Virus record (IMG/VR): IMGVR_UViG_3300042556_001022
Location: 1 to 24,534 of that record
DNA length: 24,534 nt
Origin: a virus
Taxonomy: Duplodnaviria; Caudoviricetes
Reading direction: 5' to 3' (one strand)
Positions 18,301 to 24,534 of this stretch are shown here, one piece after another. A program made the position numbers and the translations under genes. The notes under the pieces are model-generated. The model was not told the origin of the DNA and made no database searches. It saw only the letters and a list, made by a program, of their open reading frames with translations. The first letter of the stretch is position 1; each line of letters opens with the position of its first letter.

Positions 18301-19046
18301 GATTTTTTCTTATTTGCTATTTCTTTAGCAGCTAACACTGATAACTCACTACTAAGACTATTTATTTCTTCATTAATTATTTTTACATTAGCCGTGTCTT
18401 TAGCGTCTATAAATGCTTTTCTATCATTCTTTAACTCATTAAGTTTTTTACTTATTGATGAAACTCCTTCGTCAAATTCTACCCCACTTTTCACTAAGGC
18501 ATCAAAAACACCTGAATCAACTAATAATTTAGACTCTTTAATATCAATAAGTGATTGAGCTTTATCTAGTAATCTAACTCTTTCTCTTAATATTTGTATA
18601 CTCAAATCTAAGTTATCAGCATTTTTAGATACTAATCCTATACTATCTTGGTCTAAATTATTTATCTTATCCTTTATTGTAGCAAACTCATCTAAACTAT
18701 TTAATTGTTCATTAAGCTTTTTTTGTAATATATCATATAAAGATTTACTTTCCTCTAACTGCTCATTGGTTTCCTCCAATAAATCCCTTAGTTTTTCTAC
18801 GGTATTCTTATAATCCTCACCACTTACTTCTAAATTATTTAGTATCTTTTGTAATTCCTTATACTTCTTCAATACATCAGCAACAGAACGTAATTGAGCT
18901 GATGTTAATTTAGTATTTTCTTTAAAAAATTGCTTTAGTCTAGTTTGGAGTTGTTCAGTATCAGAAGCTAAATTCTTAGCCTCTTCTCTCGCTGCTTTTC
19001 CTAAATCTTCTAAATCTTTTAAAGGATTTTTGTTCTGTTTAGCCAT
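15342..19046 (-). CDS. Tail tape measure protein
   Basis: 1234 aa; N-terminal coiled coil, Ala/Gly/Leu-rich amphipathic and hydrophobic helical repeats; lies between tube/chaperone genes and baseplate genes. Confidence 0.88.
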   Translation of the reverse strand: MAKQNKNPLKDLEDLGKAAREEAKNLASDTEQLQTRLKQFFKENTKLTSAQLRSVADVLKKYKELQKILNNLEVSGEDYKNTVEKLRDLLEETNEQLEESKSLYDILQKKLNEQLNSLDEFATIKDKINNLDQDSIGLVSKNADNLDLSIQILRERVRLLDKAQSLIDIKESKLLVDSGVFDALVKSGVEFDEGVSSISKKLNELKNDRKAFIDAKDTANVKIINEEINSLSSELSVLAAKEIANKKKSTNALKSELGVRREINDAYEDYVRSVDSSYTKYAAIANLIPFIGGNISKAFLQAKDISIDAGKAIRDTFIETKDPIKALAAGMKVMRGHIGMMGPIIGGMVFAFKAVHGLLSSINEITKGIQAQTGLASVQAYDLYKNALSAQTAFHNQLSTLEDIIAVQTAYIQQYGRFSQLTDTTLVQISDAAKVFGYAAETASQLQGTFMELGADESIAGNMQVAVGNLAKANKLAPGVIAKDLVDNSEYLATNFAGMPIEAAKAAIEVRKLGYSLSQAAKTQDHLFDVQGSLTAQMEASVAMGKLIDVSAARNYALQGDTVKMMQEISKQSGTYAEFQKASVPQRMLLAKAFGMEVGELQKSLYIREKLTGLSEEEQKYALDHLKTLDGVEKMSAGQLKSEISKAQQAERFDVALSKIKNALIIAVLPLVEALVPVLETASNIISVMALIIKGVGVAFQIVGYIIEGLLMPLQFINDIIDDGLTGAVKKFGDGFNDGILSATKNVIGLVSGIGMVYLAFSKLSKLNLGNITGMLNMDTLKTKAKGIYDRVKGAVSSRMGGAAPTSQANAGGGIGTDLQNSIKASKQIKPESGQIVKDFLKSLASGLQSMGSGKATAGAAGLTKASVGFTAMKPALPQIKALSKIDAEMLKKNLQGLASGLRSMGTGKTFMGSLGLALASLGFIVMRPAMVGIKAMASIDGEMLKKNLQGIASGLRSMGTTKVLLGSLALILASVGFIAAIPAAIGMAALGFAAPLAATGLTLLGVALNTFGAAMANPMALLGLALLVGTAVALGYALSLAAPAIQAFASSLESMSMERVLAIGLLGPALILFSASAVIASLGLMAASIGFAAFALSFGYFGDKVLQYSDPISQLSDSILSLANSFKALQSVDMSKISTNVKTLGDVSVKSNATVDTKINSNPIKTKNTSNVDTETNPTYKDSNATSQSTNINYKLDRLLNVMQQYISMSPQLVIEFDDGTVSKLKSKLKKTI
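16075..16560 (-). repeat. Three tandem 162-bp (54-aa) degenerate repeats within the TMP gene
   Basis: Anchor cccataga recurs at 16168, 16330 and 16492. Segments 16165-16220 and 16327-16382 match at 50/56 nt. Protein unit approximately L(K/Q)(S/G)(L/I)ASGL(Q/R)SMG...AS(V/L)GF...P. Confidence 0.85.
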
Positions 19047-19261
19047 TACTTAACATTAGGATTTTTCTTCTTTAATCTCCTTATCTCATCTTTGTAACGC
19101 TGTTCATTGAACTTTATATCATGTATCAACTCTTGTATTTCAGGGTCTTTACTTGCTGTATACATTCTCTGTAACATCTTCACTTGTTTACCAAATGAGA
19201 ATAATGCTAGTATACCTGCTAAAAACCCCTCTTCCAAAACTTTTGAATTATGCTTGTTCAT
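19046..19261 (-). CDS. Small hypothetical protein translationally coupled to TMP
   Basis: 71 aa. Its TAA overlaps the TMP ATG (TAATG at 19048..19044). Preceded by two TATTTATA motifs. Confidence 0.7.
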   Translation of the reverse strand: MNKHNSKVLEEGFLAGILALFSFGKQVKMLQRMYTASKDPEIQELIHDIKFNEQRYKDEIRRLKKKNPNVK

Positions 19262-19282
19262 ATAAATATTTTACTATAAATA
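19261..19282 (-). promoter_or_regulatory. Tandem TATTTATA motifs, candidate late promoter for the 71-aa ORF/TMP/baseplate block
   Basis: + strand TATAAATA at 19261-19268 and 19275-19282. Confidence 0.5.
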
Positions 19283-19322
19283 TAATATGAATACTATATT
19301 TAACAAATATTGCTAAATAATA

Positions 19323-19532
19323 CTATCTTCTTTTACTTTGCTTAGGATTTTCTTCTTTTACATACCTCTGTATCTCATCTATGTAAATACGTCTTACATA
19401 GACAGGAAGATTATACACTTCAGTAAATGATAATGAACCTTTGCTGTTGTAACTTATGTTTAGAAGTTGTTTATAAACATCTAGTTTATGACTTAATGTC
19501 AGGCCAAAAAAACTGTACCCCGATGGGAGCAT
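19323..19532 (-). CDS. gp51-like baseplate hub assembly / tail chaperone C-terminal module, possibly expressed by frameshift from the upstream ORF
   Basis: SFTEVYNLPVYVRRIYIDEIQRYVKEEN resembles the T4-like gp51 signature (S..E..N..P..R..Y...L....EE). Overlaps the upstream ORF by 47 nt across a T7 run. Confidence 0.65.
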   Translation of the reverse strand: MLPSGYSFFGLTLSHKLDVYKQLLNISYNSKGSLSFTEVYNLPVYVRRIYIDEIQRYVKEENPKQSKRR

Positions 19533-20334
19533 TAATGCGAAAGGTCTCCCCTGTTTCTTTATCTGCCACCTCCACTGACAGATTTATACCGGGCTGAACT
19601 TCTTCAATATATTTTCTCAAAGCTCTCGCATCAGATGCTAATATGTTCTTATCCACAAAATCTCTAACATACTTAGCATCATAATTACCATCTACTGATA
19701 ATATATAATGTTTCAATTGTGTTGAAGATATTTTTGATAGTCCGTTAAATATTTTTTTATTCTTTTCTATGTCTTCTTGCAACTTTTTTTGGTCAAGTTG
19801 TTTCAACATCTTAAAGGTGATATTAACCTTAGATGATGGAAGTTCATACTTAAATTCATTTAATCCAACAGTGTCTACAAATTGGTCATCTAAGTATTTT
19901 AAACTTATTTCAGATAAATCAATAATTTCTCTCTGCTTCTTTCCTGATGGAGTTTCAATATGAACATCATATTCACTACCGTATCCGAATATTCTAGCAG
20001 CAACCGTAATAGCATCGATGTCACCAACTAGTAAATCATCTAGTCGTATACCTTCAGTGACTATTAATGATTCTAAGAATTTATCGATTACGATTCCTTT
20101 TTTAATATAAGACTCTGTAGTTAGGATATCCTCCTCCTTTGCAGTCATATATTTAATCTCTACAGTCCCACTATGAAGAGGACTATCTTTTGGGTAAAGT
20201 AGTCCTCTTGATGGTAGGTCTATAATTTCTGTAGGTATTCTATACCCTACAGTTTCTTTGTCTCCTTGAGTTACGATAGAACTTTCCGTTTCGGAAGTAA
20301 CATCTTTCTTTGGATAACTTGTATCTAAATTCAT
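19486..20334 (-). CDS. gp26-like baseplate hub assembly protein / tail assembly chaperone
   Basis: IDLPSRGLLY, IKYMTAKEEDILT, DLLVGDIDAITVAARIFGYG, YELPSSK..ITFKML, ending FFWP; directly downstream of the tube gene. Confidence 0.75.
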   Translation of the reverse strand: MNLDTSYPKKDVTSETESSIVTQGDKETVGYRIPTEIIDLPSRGLLYPKDSPLHSGTVEIKYMTAKEEDILTTESYIKKGIVIDKFLESLIVTEGIRLDDLLVGDIDAITVAARIFGYGSEYDVHIETPSGKKQREIIDLSEISLKYLDDQFVDTVGLNEFKYELPSSKVNITFKMLKQLDQKKLQEDIEKNKKIFNGLSKISSTQLKHYILSVDGNYDAKYVRDFVDKNILASDARALRKYIEEVQPGINLSVEVADKETGETFRINAPIGVQFFWPDIKS

Positions 20335-20382
20335 ATTTAAAACTTTTTATTAATAACTATTTTTTAAGACTAATTGTTTTGT

Positions 20383-20910
20383 TTATGATGCAAAGAATTC
20401 TGCCCAATCATAAGATATTGTAGCTTCAACAGCTACTAAATCATCTGAAGATACATCAAAACTACCCCAATTGATATTCGCAAAAAATGCACCATTCAAT
20501 TCCCAATAAGCACCTGTGAGACCGTTAATATCTCCTTGAGGTGGAACATAGTATAATGTTATCTTCTTCTTATAAGTTGACATGTACTCATCTACATCCG
20601 TTCTTGAATTGTGATGGTCATCATTCAACCAACTATGAGCAACAGCAGCACCACTTTTACGTGCTGTTAAAGACTCATAAGGGTCATAGAAAGTTACTGA
20701 AATATCTTGCCATCTTGATTTACCCTTAATTTTGAATTCAGAGTTGATGGTGTCGACAGCTACAGGATTATTTACTATAGATGGTATATCCGTAGTCTTG
20801 ATTAAATATGATTGCTCTCCCGCTTCATAATAGGACTGTATGCTCATTATGAAGCGATTTTGCTGCTTCATATCGACAAACTGAAAATTATTACGATATT
20901 GTGCTGACAT
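20383..20910 (-). CDS. Tail tube protein (gp19-like)
   Basis: 175 aa after the sheath gene; KQQNRFIM, KGKSRWQDISVTFYDP, WELNGAF...INWGSFD, ATISYDWA. Confidence 0.85.
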   Translation of the reverse strand: MSAQYRNNFQFVDMKQQNRFIMSIQSYYEAGEQSYLIKTTDIPSIVNNPVAVDTINSEFKIKGKSRWQDISVTFYDPYESLTARKSGAAVAHSWLNDDHHNSRTDVDEYMSTYKKKITLYYVPPQGDINGLTGAYWELNGAFFANINWGSFDVSSDDLVAVEATISYDWAEFFAS

Positions 20911-20925
20911 GGTTATTTTGTTTTA

Positions 20926-20933
20926 TATAAATA
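20926..20933 (-). promoter_or_regulatory. TATTTATA motif, candidate late promoter for the tail tube gene
   Basis: + strand TATAAATA at 20926-20933, 15 nt upstream of ATG 20910. Confidence 0.5.
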
Positions 20934-20950
20934 TAGTGTTAATTATTTTT

Positions 20951-22843
20951 TTAATCATTGCCTATTCCTTCAGGAGAATCACTTGGGAATACAGCTCCTG
21001 TTGGTAGTACAAAGAAATCAATAATAACGAATTCCGCAGTTCTTGTTGGCTTCAAATATATTGCACCTCTCAATTCATTCCTATCAATAACCTCCGCAGT
21101 ATTATTTGTTTCATCCATTACTACTCTAAAATCGAATAATCCTTGCTTCTGTCTTACATCTTGGAAATAAGGTGTAACAATATCAACAAATCTTTTTCTT
21201 GTTTGTACTGTATTTTGTTCAAATACTAAGTATCTTGATGTTGATGCAACAAACTTTTTAGCTGCTATAAGTAAACGTCTAACGTTAATTCTATCTAATG
21301 CTGAACGTTTTTTCTGTAGTGTCTTTTGACCCCAAACTACAACACCTTCTCTTGGGTATGTAGCTATCGGATTTATATTACTTGCATATAAATCATCTCT
21401 CATTGAGGTAGATAATTTAGTCTCAGCTTGTACTGCAATTTCAATTCCACCTCTATTCAAACCCGCAGGAGCAAACCATGGGAAACTAACATAATCGTTA
21501 AACGATATCACACCTGCTACTAAGCAAGATGGTGGTAGCCATACGTTTCTGTTAAGGTCAGGGTCTGCAACTTGTAGCCATGGATAATACATTGCTGCAA
21601 AGTTAGAATTTCTTGCTTCACCTGCTAATTGAGCTTGTCCAATAGAATCACCATACTTAGTTGGGTCAACTACTAGGAAGACATCACCTCTTTCTTCGCA
21701 CATTGCGATGGCATGTGTGATGATATCACTGTGTTTTCCTCCTGCCTCTTGTAGTAAACCGGGAATGTAGAGAGTGTTAATATCATATTCATCAGCATTC
21801 GACAAGATATCAATTGCATCATAATAAGCCGTAGAACCACTAATTCCTGCTGCTCCTTGAGCTAAATTAAATCCTTGAGTATTACTTGCTACAATGCTAT
21901 TATAAAAAGCTCTTGGATGTTGAACATATCCATCACTTCCAAATCCGAAAGTTCCTGATACAGCAGCGGGTAGGGATGCAGATAATGCACCACTTCTAAT
22001 ACCACCTGCTTCATTCAAATAGTTTAATGTATTCTTCAGAATCTCAACTCTAATGTATCTTGAACGATTTGGATATGAACCTGATAATTGAAGATAAGGT
22101 CTTCCTGTTCCTGTACCTCTTAAAGTATATACTTGGTCTCCAACAACTCTTGGTAAATATCCCGCATCATTTGGGTCTAGTGAGACATTACTAAATTGTT
22201 CAATAACAACTTTTCTACCTGTTCTGTCATCACCTCTTCTGAGTGTTAAGTTAAATGTACCTCTTCTAACATTAACATTGTTTACTTCCCATCTAAAATT
22301 ATATCTTGTACCATAAGTTGATGATAGTAATCCTAATGCTTGAGTTGTAGATGGGTCTTCAATACCATTATTAGATGCAATATTAGTACCACTATTACCA
22401 TATAAACCTTCTGACATTAAATGAATTTTAAATGAAGCAGATGCCTCATTAAAATGTGATGCTGTAAGATTAGTTTTAGTCTTACCTCTGTTTAAGAATG
22501 CCTTATATGAACCCGAACTAACTACATTAGTTTTGGCTATAGTTGCATTACTATTTATGATTCTAACAACTGTTAGATTATCACCGTATCTTAAATACTC
22601 TTGTGCAGTATAGTTTGTCAAAAATTTGAATTCTTGTGCAAAAGCTCCTGAACCACTGATAAAACTATTACCGAATGCTCTAAGGTATTCAGAATAATTT
22701 GATACTGAGGTAGGTCTAAAAGCAGGGCCGTATAGGGTAGGGCCAATCACTGCTGCTCCAATTGATTGTATCTCTTGAGGAAGGAAACTTAGGTCTTGTT
22801 CTCTCGTGAATACACCCGGACTTACAAATCTTTCGTTAGCCAT
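20951..22843 (-). CDS. Contractile tail sheath protein (gp18-like)
   Basis: N-terminal SPGVFTREQDLS, GPAFRPT; C-terminal YYPW, PPS, WFAPAGLNRG, INPI, WGQKTLQ, DRINVRRL, FEQN, DETNNTAEVIDRNEL, KPTRTAEFVIIDF. Confidence 0.95.
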   Translation of the reverse strand: MANERFVSPGVFTREQDLSFLPQEIQSIGAAVIGPTLYGPAFRPTSVSNYSEYLRAFGNSFISGSGAFAQEFKFLTNYTAQEYLRYGDNLTVVRIINSNATIAKTNVVSSGSYKAFLNRGKTKTNLTASHFNEASASFKIHLMSEGLYGNSGTNIASNNGIEDPSTTQALGLLSSTYGTRYNFRWEVNNVNVRRGTFNLTLRRGDDRTGRKVVIEQFSNVSLDPNDAGYLPRVVGDQVYTLRGTGTGRPYLQLSGSYPNRSRYIRVEILKNTLNYLNEAGGIRSGALSASLPAAVSGTFGFGSDGYVQHPRAFYNSIVASNTQGFNLAQGAAGISGSTAYYDAIDILSNADEYDINTLYIPGLLQEAGGKHSDIITHAIAMCEERGDVFLVVDPTKYGDSIGQAQLAGEARNSNFAAMYYPWLQVADPDLNRNVWLPPSCLVAGVISFNDYVSFPWFAPAGLNRGGIEIAVQAETKLSTSMRDDLYASNINPIATYPREGVVVWGQKTLQKKRSALDRINVRRLLIAAKKFVASTSRYLVFEQNTVQTRKRFVDIVTPYFQDVRQKQGLFDFRVVMDETNNTAEVIDRNELRGAIYLKPTRTAEFVIIDFFVLPTGAVFPSDSPEGIGND

Positions 22844-22879
22844 TTTTTATCTTATTGAATTTAATAATTGTTTTCTAAA

Positions 22880-22887
22880 TATAAATA
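22880..22887 (-). promoter_or_regulatory. TATTTATA motif, candidate late promoter for the sheath gene
   Basis: + strand TATAAATA at 22880-22887, 36 nt upstream of ATG 22843. Confidence 0.5.
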
Positions 22888-22911
22888 GTACTTAAATTTT
22901 TCAAAATTATA

Positions 22912-23721
22912 TCACTCCTGTTCATTTGGGAATCTATCAACAGCATTTATATCAAATGATGATTGTTCCGTTCTAAATACAATTCTTTTAGTCGTATATG
23001 CCTTCTGTATTGTTGATTTTCTTAACTCAAATTCAGATTGTAATCTTGCATCCACCGTCAATGATGTAGTAGCCTTCACTAGTCTTTCTGTAGTTGTTGG
23101 GTTTATAGTATCAAAATTTATATCTCCAACTCTTGTCTTAAATTTAAATGAATCTCCCCAACTAAAATTACTTGTTGGAATTATATCTTGAACTATCGAA
23201 TTCATTTGCTCTATATAATAACTAAACAATATTAGTTCATATTCAATTATATAAAACTCAGGTAGTACTGATATATAATACTCATCAGAAAATTTAGAAT
23301 TAGATAATGTTGCATGTTGGTCTCTGATATTTTCAAAATTCCTTTGTTTTGGATTTATAGATATCGTAGCAGAACCATAGTTAACATCTAATTTTTTAAA
23401 TCTTTCATCCTCAGACATTGATATTCTTCTAATAGTTCCGTATGGAGCTAGTATCTTCCCTTGTTTATCCCTCATGTATCCTCTTGCCTGTATTTGATTC
23501 CAAATTTCGGCAGATGCATAAACTATAGGAACATCAATCATTGAATCATTCTGTTCAACTTGTGCATTTATTGTGTTCTTTAAATAATGCATAACTGCAT
23601 AATCAACATCATATAATGTTATGGCAGGAGTTCTAAAGGTGTCATTATCCCTCCTCGTTTCATACGCTCTGTTAAATGGTGGGTCAACACCCGTTAATGA
23701 TATATTAGGATTTTCTGCCAT
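22912..23721 (-). CDS. Putative tail terminator / sheath stabiliser (gp15-like)
   Basis: Immediately upstream of the sheath gene; DVPIVYASAEIW, P...IEYEL..FS.YIEQMNSIVQ pattern. Start coupled to the upstream stop (TAATG). Confidence 0.6.
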   Translation of the reverse strand: MAENPNISLTGVDPPFNRAYETRRDNDTFRTPAITLYDVDYAVMHYLKNTINAQVEQNDSMIDVPIVYASAEIWNQIQARGYMRDKQGKILAPYGTIRRISMSEDERFKKLDVNYGSATISINPKQRNFENIRDQHATLSNSKFSDEYYISVLPEFYIIEYELILFSYYIEQMNSIVQDIIPTSNFSWGDSFKFKTRVGDINFDTINPTTTERLVKATTSLTVDARLQSEFELRKSTIQKAYTTKRIVFRTEQSSFDINAVDRFPNEQE

Positions 23722-24254
23722 TATATTCTATTTGGTAAATCATATATGCTATTTCTCGGAGTCATTACATTTTCAATTCCTAAGCGGTCTGCTGTTATTT
23801 TCATACCTCTTGCAATAATACTTACATTATAACCAAATGCATCTCTTCCATCTTCTACAGTTGCTAGTAATGTATCAGGATTTCGTCCTGTCCATAATTG
23901 ATTTGAACCTACGTAATTTAATTCGTAGTATTCAGAATCCCATTTAATTATATCACCTTCTTGTATTACAAGATTTAAATCTTTTAAATCATCTCTAAGA
24001 AATGAAAATGATATATTTCTAATATATGTAGTTAATTCATCACCGTCATAATCTTTTTCTTCTCTTGTTATTAGAGAATTAACCCTCATTGGATTAAAAA
24101 ATATTTTTTTGGAAGATTCACCATATATATTTATTTTGGTATACTGCGTAGCTATTTTATATACTATGACTTCAGTATTGATTATAGAGTTAATTAATTC
24201 TCTATTCAATCTTCTTATTAAACTTACATCTCTTGAACCTCCGAATAATGCCAT
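23721..24254 (-). CDS. Putative neck / head-closure protein (gp14-like)
   Basis: NIYGESSKKIF, FSFLRDDL...EGDIIKW..EYYEL pattern; position upstream of the gp15-like and sheath genes. Confidence 0.55.
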   Translation of the reverse strand: MALFGGSRDVSLIRRLNRELINSIINTEVIVYKIATQYTKINIYGESSKKIFFNPMRVNSLITREEKDYDGDELTTYIRNISFSFLRDDLKDLNLVIQEGDIIKWDSEYYELNYVGSNQLWTGRNPDTLLATVEDGRDAFGYNVSIIARGMKITADRLGIENVMTPRNSIYDLPNRI

Positions 24255-24263
24255 AATATTATA

Positions 24264-24534
24264 TTATTGTATATCGTCTTTTAAATTATCATAATCTGAT
24301 TTTTCATATTTATCTAAAGATTCATAATCTAAACTTTCTAAATAATTATTTAATATTTTTTTTCCATTTTTAGGAATACTAAATCTACTATTATTATAAT
24401 TTTTATACAAGTAATTCAAATATTTCTTATCATAATCATTTGGATTTTTATCTAAATACATAATTAAAAATCCATATATTTCGTCACTAATTTCTTTATT
24501 TTCAAAATCTAAATCTTTTATTTTATTATATATT
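24264..24534 (-). CDS. 3' part of a hypothetical protein running off the right edge
   Basis: The track's 65-aa ORF has no in-frame stop upstream of 24461 (...IYNKIKDLDFENKEISDEIYGFLIMYLDK...), so the true start is probably outside the window. Confidence 0.55.
   Translation of the reverse strand, partial: IYNKIKDLDFENKEISDEIYGFLIMYLDKNPNDYDKKYLNYLYKNYNNSRFSIPKNGKKILNNYLESLDYESLDKYEKSDYDNLKDDIQ

Noticed and set aside
11932-24254. Bacterial extracellular contractile injection system or tailocin
   Set aside because: Contiguous with a phage replication module and a neck-like gene; no Afp15-like ATPase or toxin cargo seen. A phage origin is more parsimonious.
19769-24294. Short plus-strand ORFs at 19769, 20541, 20958, 23621 and 24109
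   Set aside because: Antisense shadows of structural genes.
1-24534. Stop-codon reassignment, as in some Bacteroidota phages
   Set aside because: Conserved genes are full length under the standard bacterial code, and TAA, TGA and TAG all end genes at sensible positions.
1-24534. tRNA genes, CRISPR arrays or structured ncRNA
   Set aside because: The longest intergenic spacer is 68 bp and AT-rich; no repeat-spacer periodicity or cloverleaf motifs seen.

Overview
AT-rich fragment of a large contractile-tailed (myovirus-type, T4-like tail architecture) dsDNA phage. All credible genes lie on the minus strand and are tightly packed. In transcription order (right to left), the tail module is: neck/head-closure protein, tail terminator, sheath, tube, a gp26/gp51-like pair, tape measure protein, and tube initiator/LysM/hub baseplate genes. 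The replication module follows: a short atypical family-A polymerase, an unknown 143-aa protein, gp32-like SSB, RecA/UvsX, 5'-3' exonuclease, DnaB-like helicase, RNR beta and alpha, a full-length family-A polymerase and a Zn-ribbon protein. TAnnTTTG promoter boxes, Shine-Dalgarno-less A-rich leaders and a class Id-like RNR point to a Bacteroidota host. The most notable signals are (1) a second PolA that lacks the thumb and has His at the steric-gate position, heading a replication operon with no primase in the window; (2) a candidate +1/-2 frameshift fusing the gp26-like and gp51-like ORFs; (3) a recurring TATTTATA motif, the reverse complement of the T4 late promoter; and (4) a ~90-aa thumb insertion plus Leu762 in the full-length PolA. 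All family assignments come from motif recognition by eye, not database searches.
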